Assembly (NCBI GenBank): GCA_034717855.1
Contig: JAYEMB010000078.1
Location: 1-41,602, forward strand
Direction of reading: 5' to 3'
Length of the DNA: 41,602 nucleotides
Origin: Campylobacterota bacterium
Lineage (GTDB): Bacteria > Campylobacterota > Campylobacteria > Campylobacterales > Sulfurimonadaceae
Below, in pieces: positions 30,134-39,542 of the stretch. The notes under the pieces are model-generated. The model saw nothing but the letters and a program-made list of their open reading frames with translations. It had not been told where the DNA came from and did not search any database. The position numbers and the translations under genes were made by a program. Position 1 is the stretch's first letter, and every line of letters begins with the position of its first letter.

Positions 30134-31009
30134 CTAGCTGTCAGCTATCAACTTTTTGAGTATCGCCATCCTAATACTTACACCATTAGTGACTTGCTCT
30201 AAAACCTTACACCTCTCATCTCCAAGCAGAGCGTCAGATATATCTATATTTCTATGAACTGGTCCAGGGTGAAGTAGAACTATATCTCTATTTCCAACTA
30301 GCTCTTCTGTTATACAAAAGTCACTCGCATAATCTTTGAGAGAGGCATAACTTTGTGAAGAGTGACGTTCTGTTTGCGTTCTCAGGCTCATAATAGCATC
30401 CACCTCATCAATAATATCTTCAAGATGATGTGTAAAACGCAGTTCACTTTTTGGTAAAAAATGTGGAGGGGCAACAAGTATCACTTCCATCCCAAATCTA
30501 CTTAAGAGTTCTATGTTGGAATTTGCAACACGTGAGTTTTTTATATCGCCAACTATCGCTATTTTCTTTGCAGTTAAATCTCCGAAGTGTTCTCTTAAAG
30601 TATAGAGGTCAAGTAGTGCTTGTGTCGGGTGAGCATGCGCTCCATCACCTGCGTTTAGTATAGCTGCCTTTGTATGTTTTGAGAGGATTTTTGGAACACC
30701 TGCGTTTTGATGACGTACTATGATAGCGTGAGGACCCATCGCATCAAGATTCATCGCAGTATCTACTAGCGTTTCACCCTTTTTCGTTGAACTCTTTGTA
30801 ACATCGAGATGAACCATCTCAGCTCCTAAACGCTTTGCAGCTATCTCAAAAGAGCTTTTTGTTCGTGTAGAGTTTTCAAAGAAGAGAGTGATGATGATTT
30901 TATCTTGAAGTATTCTATCAAACCTGCCATCACTAAAGGCTTTGGCATCCGCTAAAATACTCTCTATCTCTTCAACCGAAAAATCATCTGTTCTAATTAA
31001 GTGCTGCAA
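30134..31009 (-). CDS. pyrB: Aspartate carbamoyltransferase catalytic subunit
   Basis: [38 protein letters not shown]. Confidence 0.97.
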   Translation of the reverse strand: MQHLIRTDDFSVEEIESILADAKAFSDGRFDRILQDKIIITLFFENSTRTKSSFEIAAKRLGAEMVHLDVTKSSTKKGETLVDTAMNLDAMGPHAIIVRHQNAGVPKILSKHTKAAILNAGDGAHAHPTQALLDLYTLREHFGDLTAKKIAIVGDIKNSRVANSNIELLSRFGMEVILVAPPHFLPKSELRFTHHLEDIIDEVDAIMSLRTQTERHSSQSYASLKDYASDFCITEELVGNRDIVLLHPGPVHRNIDISDALLGDERCKVLEQVTNGVSIRMAILKKLIADS

Positions 31010-31030
31010 ACTCTCACCTCTGTAAATAAT

Positions 31031-31675
31031 TTATAGATTATACAAGACATCACAAATAGTGTCAATGTCATCATCCACTTTTAGTACTTTTTGGTTCGTA
31101 TTTAAAAAGTATGGTTCCGATATCTCTTTGAAACTACTGTACTCTTCTCTGCAGTTAAACGCAGTGACATGTTTTATGCCTCTACTCTGTAATGCTTTTG
31201 AACTCAGTAGTGTATCATTTATGCAGCCTAAAACGCAGTGTGTCACTAGCACTGCAGGAGCTTCAAAATACTCTATTAAATCAATCATCATATAGTTTTC
31301 ATCTACGGGAACATAGAGTCCTCCTGCTCCTTCGATGATAAGAACATCACAAAGTGCTTCGAGCTTTTGCACAGCTGCGTTTAACTTGGGTAAATCGAGT
31401 GGCGTATTGTTTGATGAGACATATGGAGCAGCGGGGAGTTTATAAGTGATAGGAACAATATCTTGGACTTTTATATCTTTAAACGCAGGGTTTAACTCTT
31501 TGAGCGTCTCTAGAAGTGTCTCTGCATCAGGAGCAAAATCATCTACTCCTGTCTCTATTAGTTTAATTGCGCCCACTCTAAGCCCACGAGAAGCGAACTC
31601 TTTTAAAATCAGTTTTGATGTGTAGGTTTTTCCAATATCTGTATTTGTTGCTGTTATAAAAATTCGTTTATTCAT
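31031..31675 (-). CDS. bioD: Dethiobiotin synthase
   Basis: FITATNTDIGKT, IEGAGGL.VP, LGCINDTLL. Confidence 0.95.
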   Translation of the reverse strand: MNKRIFITATNTDIGKTYTSKLILKEFASRGLRVGAIKLIETGVDDFAPDAETLLETLKELNPAFKDIKVQDIVPITYKLPAAPYVSSNNTPLDLPKLNAAVQKLEALCDVLIIEGAGGLYVPVDENYMMIDLIEYFEAPAVLVTHCVLGCINDTLLSSKALQSRGIKHVTAFNCREEYSSFKEISEPYFLNTNQKVLKVDDDIDTICDVLYNL

Positions 31676-31704
31676 ATTGGAATTATATCTTATATTTTGC
31701 TCTT

Positions 31705-31971
31705 TTAATCGTAAACAGAATCCATATCAAACTCATACTGAGGCTCTAAGTTAGGTACAGATTTTAGAGACTCTTTGTTTACTTCAGCACCTTTAAAGTC
31801 GTAGTTTTTCTCTGAGTAAAAAGTCTGCTCTTTTGCGTACTTCTTTTCAGTTTCCATCTCTTTTTTAATCTGTTTCTCTACTCTTTTTTTTCTCTCTTTT
31901 TCGCTTTTACTACTCTGCTGTGCTACTAGCAGTGAATTTACCATTAGCATAAATATTAAAATGTATTTCAT
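31705..31971 (-). CDS. Small exported hypothetical protein
   Basis: Signal peptide, strong AAGGAG SD, C-terminal FDMDSVYD. Confidence 0.75.
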   Translation of the reverse strand: MKYILIFMLMVNSLLVAQQSSKSEKERKKRVEKQIKKEMETEKKYAKEQTFYSEKNYDFKGAEVNKESLKSVPNLEPQYEFDMDSVYD

Positions 31972-32022
31972 AGTTTCTCCTTTTAATATTTCAATAATAC
32001 TAAATTATACTTTTCATTAATC

Positions 32023-32220
32023 TTAATTATAGATTATTTCTTCTTGAGTAAGTTGTTTACAAGGTGAAACACAAGTAAAAATATCCATCTCTAAAGCGTC
32101 AATCGCTCTGTCAATGGGTCTTAAAAGCTCTTGATACTCATCTAAGCTCAGAAGTCCTGCACTATAGCGAACATAGAGTTCATGAGCTATTTTCTTTAAG
32201 TCAAATAGTTTTTTTATCAT
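32023..32220 (-). CDS. Small helical hypothetical protein (65 aa)
   Basis: Fills the intergenic gap, amphipathic helical pattern, downstream of conserved promoter copy A. Confidence 0.6.
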   Translation of the reverse strand: MIKKLFDLKKIAHELYVRYSAGLLSLDEYQELLRPIDRAIDALEMDIFTCVSPCKQLTQEEIIYN

Positions 32221-32286
32221 AACTAATACTTCACAAATAGCTCTGTTGTCTTCTTCATTGTCAATCCTTTAGTTTTATCTACTCAC

Positions 32287-32354
32287 AGTATAGGGTTGTG
32301 AAACATTCAAAAGAAGAGCAGATTTCAAGAAAAAAAATTCACAATATGCCTATT
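32287..32354 (-). promoter_or_regulatory. Shared operator/promoter, copy A
   Basis: + strand AGTATA(32287-92)-N23-GAGCAGA(32316-22)-N22-TATGCCTATT(32345-54). Confidence 0.65.
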
Positions 32355-32357
32355 AAG

Positions 32358-32366
32358 TGCTATAAT
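32358..32366 (+). promoter_or_regulatory. Extended -10 TGCTATAAT for the XRE regulator
   Basis: TGnTATAAT followed by GAGG SD (32384-87) and GTG 32394. Confidence 0.65.
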
Positions 32367-32393
32367 TTTCAAAAATCAACGCAGAGGTTTATT

Positions 32394-33320
32394 GTGCAGT
32401 TTAACGAATACCTTAAGTCATGTAGAGAAAAATATGAACTTACACAAGAAGAGTTAGTTCAAGAACTCTATAACTTTGATGATATATTTATGGGCTTAGA
32501 TGTTGGTACACTTAGTAGATGGGAAAGGGGGACAACCCAACCAAATACTGATAAGCAGGTCAATATACTCAAACTTTTTAAGAGTAAAAGTAATCATATC
32601 CTCTCCTGTTTTGAAGGTATGGACAGAAACCTCATAGAGAATGAAATATGTAAGCGTGGTGTCAAAAATCTCATCGGAGCTTCAAAAGAGCATATTCTCA
32701 CTTTTCCAACTAAAAGTTTCAAGATGGACTATACATCAATAAGCCACATACGAACTGCCCAAGATATTGACAAAGCTCTTGCTATGCCATACTCGACAAT
32801 ATTAAACCTTACAGGCAATGTCTATAACTTATCTCTAGAAGATATAAAAAAGTGGGCTCTACACCCTAGCAACCTCTTTTTACTGAGTGAATATCATGAG
32901 CAGTACTCTGGCATGCTCTTTACCCTGCGACTCAAACCTGCCACATATCAAAAAATAATCAACTTTGAAATCAACATAAACGATATCGATGAGAGTGACT
33001 TTGCGAGTTTTAAAGAGAAGGGTTCAAATTTTGCAATAGCATTTTTTGCTTACAATGATAAAAACGCCACCCTACTTTTTCTTCGATACTACGCTCACCT
33101 TATAGCAAATCAAGATCTTATAGAGAATGTTGGAGCAACACCTGTCTTAACCGGTGCAAAAAAGATAGTTCAAAAGATGAATATGAAGCACTACATAGAT
33201 AAAGAGACAGATAAAGGTACTCTGAGCTCATACTCTGCAACTCTCGAAGATATCCTACTCAACGAGTCTGTCCTAAAGATGCTCTTTCAAAAGCAAGAGT
33301 GTCCTGAAGATGAGAACTAA
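32394..33320 (+). CDS. XRE-family HTH transcriptional regulator with large C-terminal domain
   Basis: LK..R....LTQEEL...L..., TLSRWERG.TQP HTH pattern. Start moved to GTG 32394 (SD and -10 upstream). Confidence 0.85.
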   Translation: MQFNEYLKSCREKYELTQEELVQELYNFDDIFMGLDVGTLSRWERGTTQPNTDKQVNILKLFKSKSNHILSCFEGMDRNLIENEICKRGVKNLIGASKEHILTFPTKSFKMDYTSISHIRTAQDIDKALAMPYSTILNLTGNVYNLSLEDIKKWALHPSNLFLLSEYHEQYSGMLFTLRLKPATYQKIINFEININDIDESDFASFKEKGSNFAIAFFAYNDKNATLLFLRYYAHLIANQDLIENVGATPVLTGAKKIVQKMNMKHYIDKETDKGTLSSYSATLEDILLNESVLKMLFQKQECPEDEN

Positions 33321-33386
33321 AGAGTAAAAAAAGAAGAGTTTAGTTAAAATTCATCTACAATCATAAAGCTAAAAAAGGAAATATTA

Positions 33387-34874
33387 GTGACATTTAAGAG
33401 TACAAAAAATCTACTACTTGCTACAGTTTTTACACTGACTACACTTACTGCTCAAGAGACACAAACAAAGACCGCTATTAAAAGTAATGGTCAACTCGTT
33501 TATAGTACAGATAGAAAAAATGTCGAGAGTTTTTCAGATATGTTTGGAGAGGGTGAGTACTACGGACGTATTCGTTCAAACACATTCTATAACACTTATA
33601 AAAATGAAGATGCATCCCACTCTGACCACATCATCAGTGGTTTAGGCGGTTCACTTGTCCTAAAAAGTGCTACACTCAATGACTTTGATTTCACAGCAGG
33701 ACTCTATTTTTCACAGGCATTTTTTGATATCGACAACGATAATGTCGGAAATCTAAAAAAGGGAAAAGATGCTATAAGTAGATTTGACTATGTAAATGAT
33801 GATAACTCTTATATGGCAGTGGTGGGACAGGCTTATTTACGCTACAGCGGTATAGATAAAACAGAACTGATTTTAGGTCGTCAACTCGTAGAGACTTTTT
33901 ATACTAAATCAAATGATACAAAGATGATTCCAAACAGTTTTGATGGATTAGTTGTTAACACAAACGCAGTAAGTAAAACTAAAATCAAACTCGCTTATCT
34001 TCATGAGCAAAAACTTCGTGACCATACATCTTCTCACTCTGTTTTAATGTATGGGGATAGTGCGTCTGATCCTTCAGCAAAAGATTATACTCCAGGAAAG
34101 AATAGTGCCGGATGGAGTGAAAATGATGACTCTGCAATGCATAAGGGTTTGACTTACACGGAGTTAAAAAGGCACAATAAACCAACAGACTCACCACTGA
34201 TTGTTGGAGACTTTAAGAACAACTCTATCAAAAATCTGAAACTTGACACCTCTTTTTATGTAGTCCCTGAACTTCTCTCTCAGATAATGCTTGAGGCTAA
34301 CTATAAAATCGACTTTGATGGATTTAGCATTACTCCGGCTATGCGTTACATAAAACAGTTTGACAATGGTGCTGGTGCAGTAGGTGGAGCTTCATATTCA
34401 AAAGGTCTGAGTGCAACAGGATATAAAGATATAGACTCCCTTGAAGCACAGATGATAGCAGCAAGGGTTGTGACAAAAATACAAAACTATAAGATAAATC
34501 TAGGATATACAAACGTCCTTAATGAAGCGGACTTAATCACTCCTTGGCGTGGTTTTCCAACTGCTGGATATACTCGTTCTATGGCAAGATATAACTGGAA
34601 AGCAAACACTCAAAGTTATCGCTTAGAGTTAGTTAGAAACGCAAACAAAACTGGAATTTATAAAGATGTTTTTATCCAAACTTCTATTCTTTACACAAAC
34701 GCAGATGAAGATAAGGGCAACAAAGATGAGCTTTACTACTATATAGGATTTATTCAAAATATTCCAACTCTAGCTAACCTGCAATGGCGTTTAAGACTCG
34801 GTTATGTTGACTATGTAGATGATAATACATTTAACGATTTAGATGCTCGTTTAGAGTTTAACTACCTCTTTTAA
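33387..34874 (+). CDS. Outer membrane porin, OprD/Campylobacter MOMP-like family
   Basis: Signal peptide, QAYL.Y, GRQ..ET......D.KM.P.SF.G, terminal beta signal RLEFNYLF. Confidence 0.85.
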   Translation: MTFKSTKNLLLATVFTLTTLTAQETQTKTAIKSNGQLVYSTDRKNVESFSDMFGEGEYYGRIRSNTFYNTYKNEDASHSDHIISGLGGSLVLKSATLNDFDFTAGLYFSQAFFDIDNDNVGNLKKGKDAISRFDYVNDDNSYMAVVGQAYLRYSGIDKTELILGRQLVETFYTKSNDTKMIPNSFDGLVVNTNAVSKTKIKLAYLHEQKLRDHTSSHSVLMYGDSASDPSAKDYTPGKNSAGWSENDDSAMHKGLTYTELKRHNKPTDSPLIVGDFKNNSIKNLKLDTSFYVVPELLSQIMLEANYKIDFDGFSITPAMRYIKQFDNGAGAVGGASYSKGLSATGYKDIDSLEAQMIAARVVTKIQNYKINLGYTNVLNEADLITPWRGFPTAGYTRSMARYNWKANTQSYRLELVRNANKTGIYKDVFIQTSILYTNADEDKGNKDELYYYIGFIQNIPTLANLQWRLRLGYVDYVDDNTFNDLDARLEFNYLF

Positions 34875-34883
34875 AAGAAAATC

Positions 34884-35633
34884 ATGCTAAAAAATATACT
34901 TCTTCTCACTGCGTTTTTAAGTTCTAATCTCTTTAGCGGAAGTATAAATATTGCCGTCGCTGCAAATGTCAGCTACGCGATAGAGACAATAAAAAAAGAG
35001 TTCAACAAAACACATCCAAACATAAAAGTAAATGTAACACTCGGAAGTAGTGGAAAACTAACGGCACAGATAAAAAACGGTGCTCCTTATGAGCTTTTTA
35101 TGTCTGCAAACATGATATACCCTGAGGCACTCTATAGTGACAAGATTGCTACGACAAAACCTCTTGTTTATGCCCAGGGAAGCCTAGCTTATCTCAGTAC
35201 GAAAAAACAGGACTTTACTCAAGGTATAAAACTACTTCAAAGCTCAAGTATAGATAAAATAGCCATAGCAAATCCAAAAACCGCACCCTACGGAAAAGCG
35301 GCAGTTGAAGCGATGCAAAACGCAGGAGTTTATGAAAATATAGTAAGTAAATTTGTATATGCGGAGTCAGCTTCGCAAACAGTCTCCTATACAGTAACAG
35401 CTGCAGATATAGGCTTTATACCAAAGTCTTCACTCTACTCTTCTCATATGACTCGCTTTAAAGAGGGAGTACACTACACAGATGTAAACCCAAAACTCTA
35501 TACACCTATAAGTCAAGGGATAGTACTTCTTAAAAATTCTAAAAACGCAAGCGATGCAAAAAAGTTTTATGACTTTGTTTTAAGTGACAAATCAAAAAAA
35601 ATATTAACTGATTTTGGATATTTAGTCCCATGA
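34884..35633 (+). CDS. modA: Molybdate ABC transporter substrate-binding protein
   Basis: VAAN, GSSGKL..QI.NGAP..LFMSAN, IAIANPKTAPYG.AA. Confidence 0.95.
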   Translation: MLKNILLLTAFLSSNLFSGSINIAVAANVSYAIETIKKEFNKTHPNIKVNVTLGSSGKLTAQIKNGAPYELFMSANMIYPEALYSDKIATTKPLVYAQGSLAYLSTKKQDFTQGIKLLQSSSIDKIAIANPKTAPYGKAAVEAMQNAGVYENIVSKFVYAESASQTVSYTVTAADIGFIPKSSLYSSHMTRFKEGVHYTDVNPKLYTPISQGIVLLKNSKNASDAKKFYDFVLSDKSKKILTDFGYLVP

Positions 35634-36031
35634 GTTATCTAATAGCTAAAGTCTCAAAAATAGAGAGTTGTGATAGTCTGCATATAGTCAACTTTGAGTG
35701 TAACTCACAAACGCTAACTATGATGAGTTTAGATATCAACGAGAGTTTAAAAGTTGGTACAAAGGTCAAGCTGACCGCTAAAGCATCACATGTAGCGATT
35801 GCTAAAGAGTTTAGTGGAGATATCAGCTACTCAAACCGACTCTTAACTATCATAGAGAAAATAGAAAATGGAGAACTACTCACTAGTATAAAACTGAGCT
35901 TTTTTGACACGACTTTAGAGTCAATCATCACTCTTAACTCCTCTAAGAGAATGAATTTAAAAGTTGGAGACAAGGTCACTGCGTTTATTAAAGCGAGTGA
36001 GCTCTCTATTAGTGAGATTATCGATGATTGA
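35630..36031 (+). CDS. Tandem TOBE/Mop domain molybdate-binding protein (ModG-like)
   Basis: Two Mop repeats (LKVG..V....KAS twice), S..N.L, SIIT..S...M.L. Confidence 0.88.
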   Translation: MSYLIAKVSKIESCDSLHIVNFECNSQTLTMMSLDINESLKVGTKVKLTAKASHVAIAKEFSGDISYSNRLLTIIEKIENGELLTSIKLSFFDTTLESIITLNSSKRMNLKVGDKVTAFIKASELSISEIIDD

Positions 36032-36716
36032 GATTCTTCAGAGTCTAGAGTTTGAACCCTTTTTACTCTCCTTTAAACTCGCAGCAGTTACGACTATTAT
36101 ACTTTTTATACTGAGTCTTCCTTTGGCTTGGTACCTATCTCAAACCTCATCGCGTCTCAAACCATTTTTAGAGGCTCTGACTGCCCTGCCTATAGTTTTA
36201 CCTCCCTCAGTTATAGGTTTTTATATTTTGGTTGCACTTTCACAAAACTCTCCGATAGGGATATTTTTTGAAGATGTTTTTGGAGTGAAACTGGTTTTTA
36301 ACTTTACAGGACTTGTGGTGGCGAGCTGTTTTTACTCTCTGCCTTTTATGGTGCAACCACTTCAAGGTGGATTTGAGTCTCTCAACAAAAACATCTTAGA
36401 AGCGAGTTATATCGCAGGAAAGAGTAAGTTTGAGACGATTTTAAAAGTAGCTCTGCCAAATATGAAACCAGCTCTCATTACAGCTATCATCGTAACCTTT
36501 GCTCATACTGTTGGTGAGTTTGGTGTAGTTTTGATGGTCGGTGGAAGTATTCCCGGAGAGACCAAAGTCGCATCTGTAGCCATCTATGAGATGGTTGAGA
36601 TTATGGACTATAGCTCAGCTCACATCTATAGTGGGATTATGCTTGTTATGAGTTTTCTAGTTCTGCTTAGCGTTTATATATTTAACGGCAGACAGAATAA
36701 GAAGTTTGGGATTTAG
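36024..36716 (+). CDS. modB: Molybdate ABC transporter permease
   Basis: LPIVLPPSVIGFY, YSLPFMVQP, FAHTVGEFGVVLMVGG.IPGET. Start at ATG 36024. Confidence 0.95.
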   Translation: MIEILQSLEFEPFLLSFKLAAVTTIILFILSLPLAWYLSQTSSRLKPFLEALTALPIVLPPSVIGFYILVALSQNSPIGIFFEDVFGVKLVFNFTGLVVASCFYSLPFMVQPLQGGFESLNKNILEASYIAGKSKFETILKVALPNMKPALITAIIVTFAHTVGEFGVVLMVGGSIPGETKVASVAIYEMVEIMDYSSAHIYSGIMLVMSFLVLLSVYIFNGRQNKKFGI

Positions 36717-36718
36717 AG

Positions 36719-37576
36719 ATGATTACAGTAGATATACACAAAAAACTTCACGGCTCAAGTGGAGAGATGGATTTAGATGTCAAACTAGAGATAAAAGAGG
36801 GTGATTTCGTAGCACTCTCAGGAGAGAGTGGGAGTGGAAAGACAACACTTCTTCGCATACTCGCTGGACTCGAAGAGGCTAAAGGCAGCCTCAAGATTGA
36901 AGATGAGACTTGGCTTGATAACAAACGCAGTCTCCCCACACAAAAAAGAGAGATAGGTTTTGTTTTTCAAGACTATGCCCTCTTTCCAAATATGAGTGTT
37001 GAAGAGAATCTACTCTATGTAAACGCAGACAGAGAGTTAGCAGAACAGCTTTTAGAAATCACTGAACTTAGTGAGTTAAAAAAACGACTTCCAAACACTC
37101 TGAGTGGTGGTCAAAAACAGAGAGTGAGTCTCTGTCGAGCCTTGATGAATAGACCAAAACTTCTTCTGATGGATGAACCACTCTCTGCACTTGACCCAAT
37201 CATGAGAACAAAACTTCAAAATGAGATTCTCCAACTTCATAAAGAGTTTAAAACAACAACCATTATGGTGAGTCATGACCCAAGTGAAATCTACAGACTG
37301 AGCAATCGTGTAATAGTTTTAAATCAGGGCAAAGTTATAAATGATGGAGTTGCTAAAGATGTACTGCTGAAAACAACTGGTTCTCAGAAGTTCTCATTTG
37401 AGGGGGAGCTTTTAGATATACACAAGGTTGACGTCATCTATATCGCTATTATTGCCATCGGTCAACAGCTTGTTGAAGTGGTTGTCTCTCAAGATGAGGT
37501 AAACAACTTAAGAGTGGGTGATCTTGTAAGTATTAGCACAAAAGCCTTTACTCCAACTATCACCTCACTAAACTAG
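36719..37576 (+). CDS. modC: Molybdate ABC transporter ATP-binding protein
   Basis: GESGSGKTT, FQDYALFP, LSGGQKQR, DEPLSALD, C-terminal TOBE-like domain. Confidence 0.92.
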   Translation: MITVDIHKKLHGSSGEMDLDVKLEIKEGDFVALSGESGSGKTTLLRILAGLEEAKGSLKIEDETWLDNKRSLPTQKREIGFVFQDYALFPNMSVEENLLYVNADRELAEQLLEITELSELKKRLPNTLSGGQKQRVSLCRALMNRPKLLLMDEPLSALDPIMRTKLQNEILQLHKEFKTTTIMVSHDPSEIYRLSNRVIVLNQGKVINDGVAKDVLLKTTGSQKFSFEGELLDIHKVDVIYIAIIAIGQQLVEVVVSQDEVNNLRVGDLVSISTKAFTPTITSLN

Positions 37577-37582
37577 CAGAAC

Positions 37583-37711
37583 TTAGGCTCTGTAAACTAT
37601 AGAGCCTTCGATGTAACCCACCCTATCCTCTTCTCTTTTAAACTCTTCAAAGAAGGCATAAATAAAAACTACTGTGGCTACAAAGCCTGCTGTAATTATA
37701 AATAGTTCCAT
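37583..37711 (-). CDS. Unannotated 42-aa single-pass membrane protein
   Basis: MELFIITAGFVATVVFIYAFFEEFKREEDRVGYIEGSIVYRA*; AAGGAG SD at 37718-23; TATACT -10 at 37742-47. Confidence 0.7.
   Translation of the reverse strand: MELFIITAGFVATVVFIYAFFEEFKREEDRVGYIEGSIVYRA
37585..37607. terminator. Hairpin at the convergence of modC and the small membrane protein gene
   Basis: AGGCTCTGTA-AAC-TATAGAGCCT (10-bp stem with one G-U), 8 nt after the modC stop; weak U tail. Confidence 0.4.
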
Positions 37712-37741
37712 AGTTAACTCCTTTACTATTGGATTGTTTAT

Positions 37742-37809
37742 AGTATAGAGTTATTCCAAGAGTTTATTAAGAGCATAAATAGATATTTTTATTTTCATAT
37801 ATGCTCAAT
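37742..37809 (-). promoter_or_regulatory. Shared operator/promoter, copy B
   Basis: + strand AGTATA(37742-47)-N23-GAGCATA(37771-77)-N22-TATGCTCAAT(37800-09). Confidence 0.7.
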
Positions 37810-37835
37810 TATCGATAATACTATAAGCTATATTT

Positions 37836-39512
37836 CTATCTATCTAGTAACTCATTTACAAGTTGCTCTTCGCTCAGTGGTCTGCAGAGGTAGAAACCCT
37901 GTCCATACTCTATCTCTAACTCTAAAACATTTTCTAAAACCTTTTGTGTAGATATATACTCTGCAACGAGCTTGATATTTTTCTCTTTTGCGTAAGTTTG
38001 AATCGTCTTAACAACAATTTTACTCTCTTTAGACTCTGGCAAGTTTTTAATAAAAGAGCCATCTATTTTAATAGTATCAATCGGCAGATTTTTCATCTGA
38101 CCAAAGTTTGAACAATTTATTCCAAAATCATCTATTACTATAGCTATTCCAAGTTCGTGAATTTGCATTATTTTCTCTCTCACAAGTGTATTCTCCCCGA
38201 TAGAGTTATACTCCAGTATCTCTAGTGACAACAGAGTTGGGTCAACCTTGTACTCCTTCATTGTAGCAACTATAAATTCTATAAACTCCTCGTGTTCAAA
38301 CTCTGTATCACCAATATTTACACTAAATCTTGTTTTAGTTTTTTGTGCAAAATAGCACGCCTTTGTAAACATAAATCTAAAGATATCGTACATCTGACCG
38401 GTATCCACTGCGGCATCTAAAAACTCTGCGGGAAGATACTCTGTGCCATTATGTTTTAACCTCATTAAAAGCTCATACTTTTGTGCTCTATTTGTCTCGA
38501 GGTTATATATAGGTTGATAGTTAACAACTATGCCATCATTGTCTAAAGCATCTTTTATTATTGGTCCCCAGTAGTTTGTATTTTTTAATTTTTTGAGTAC
38601 TTTTAAATCTTCTGAGAAGTACTGTATCTGGTTTATTCCAATATTTCGTGCCTCTTTGAGAGCCAGTTCTGCTCTTCTTAGCAGGTTATCCTCATTTTGA
38701 TACGCGACACCGATAGAGATATTGAGAGTATTATTAAAGCTGTTTGTGATAATGTTTAGAGCTAAGATATCCTCTTGAATATCTTTAACTGTAGTAAAAA
38801 TATCCTCTGTTTTTTCTAGCTCCAAAGTCAGAGCAAAGAGGTCATTATCAAGATGATAAATAGCGTAATCATCATGGTACATACTAAACAAAAACGCAGC
38901 TAACTCTTTTAATACTAGGTCACCTATCTCGTAACCGTAGTTCTCGTTTATACTACTAAAGCCTATAATATCTATCAAAATAAGTGTTTTATTATTGCAA
39001 TTGTTACAATCTTCATACAGCTTAATCCTGTTATATAGATGTGTTAGAGGATTAGTAGTCATCTCTTTGTATCTATTTTGCAGTTTATTATTGAGTCTCA
39101 CTATCTCTTTATAGTGCATGACAGCAGTTCTGATTGTAGGGTAGAGATTCTCAAAAGAGAGTCTACATCCGTAATTGTTAATATCATACTTATTAATATA
39201 CTCAGCACGAAACTCTTCTGCAGGCTGGTTAATCTTTATTATACGGATTACAAAGTTGTTCAAGCTATCTCTAACAAATGCAGACAGGTCTACATTTTCC
39301 TTTGACTCCATATCAGCATCTACTATCATCAGTGCGATATCCCTACGACTCTCTAAAATCTTTCTACTCTCTGCAAAGGAGTTTCCATTTAAAATTTCTA
39401 TTTCTAAATCTAATAACTCAATATTTTTCAAAATAGTCTCTATCTTATCATGTATGCTTTTATTCGAACTAGCTATAACTACTTTGTATCTGTCTAATTT
39501 TGTAGGTTTCAT
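37836..39512 (-). CDS. Receiver-like + degenerate GGDEF + EAL protein (probable c-di-GMP phosphodiesterase)
   Basis: IALMIVDADME receiver-like segment; LTHLYNR; GGDEF replaced by LDNDLF; YQPI, ELLMR, IDDFG, IKIDGSF, VAE, QGF retained. Confidence 0.88.
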   Translation of the reverse strand: MKPTKLDRYKVVIASSNKSIHDKIETILKNIELLDLEIEILNGNSFAESRKILESRRDIALMIVDADMESKENVDLSAFVRDSLNNFVIRIIKINQPAEEFRAEYINKYDINNYGCRLSFENLYPTIRTAVMHYKEIVRLNNKLQNRYKEMTTNPLTHLYNRIKLYEDCNNCNNKTLILIDIIGFSSINENYGYEIGDLVLKELAAFLFSMYHDDYAIYHLDNDLFALTLELEKTEDIFTTVKDIQEDILALNIITNSFNNTLNISIGVAYQNEDNLLRRAELALKEARNIGINQIQYFSEDLKVLKKLKNTNYWGPIIKDALDNDGIVVNYQPIYNLETNRAQKYELLMRLKHNGTEYLPAEFLDAAVDTGQMYDIFRFMFTKACYFAQKTKTRFSVNIGDTEFEHEEFIEFIVATMKEYKVDPTLLSLEILEYNSIGENTLVREKIMQIHELGIAIVIDDFGINCSNFGQMKNLPIDTIKIDGSFIKNLPESKESKIVVKTIQTYAKEKNIKLVAEYISTQKVLENVLELEIEYGQGFYLCRPLSEEQLVNELLDR

Positions 39513-39542
39513 TACAACTCCTTTATCTCTATTCTTACTGGT

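Noticed and set aside
33321-33386. ModE box or Moco riboswitch upstream of porin-modABC
   Set aside because: The 66-bp spacer has only a TAAAAT -10 candidate and an SD; I could not recognise an operator or structure.
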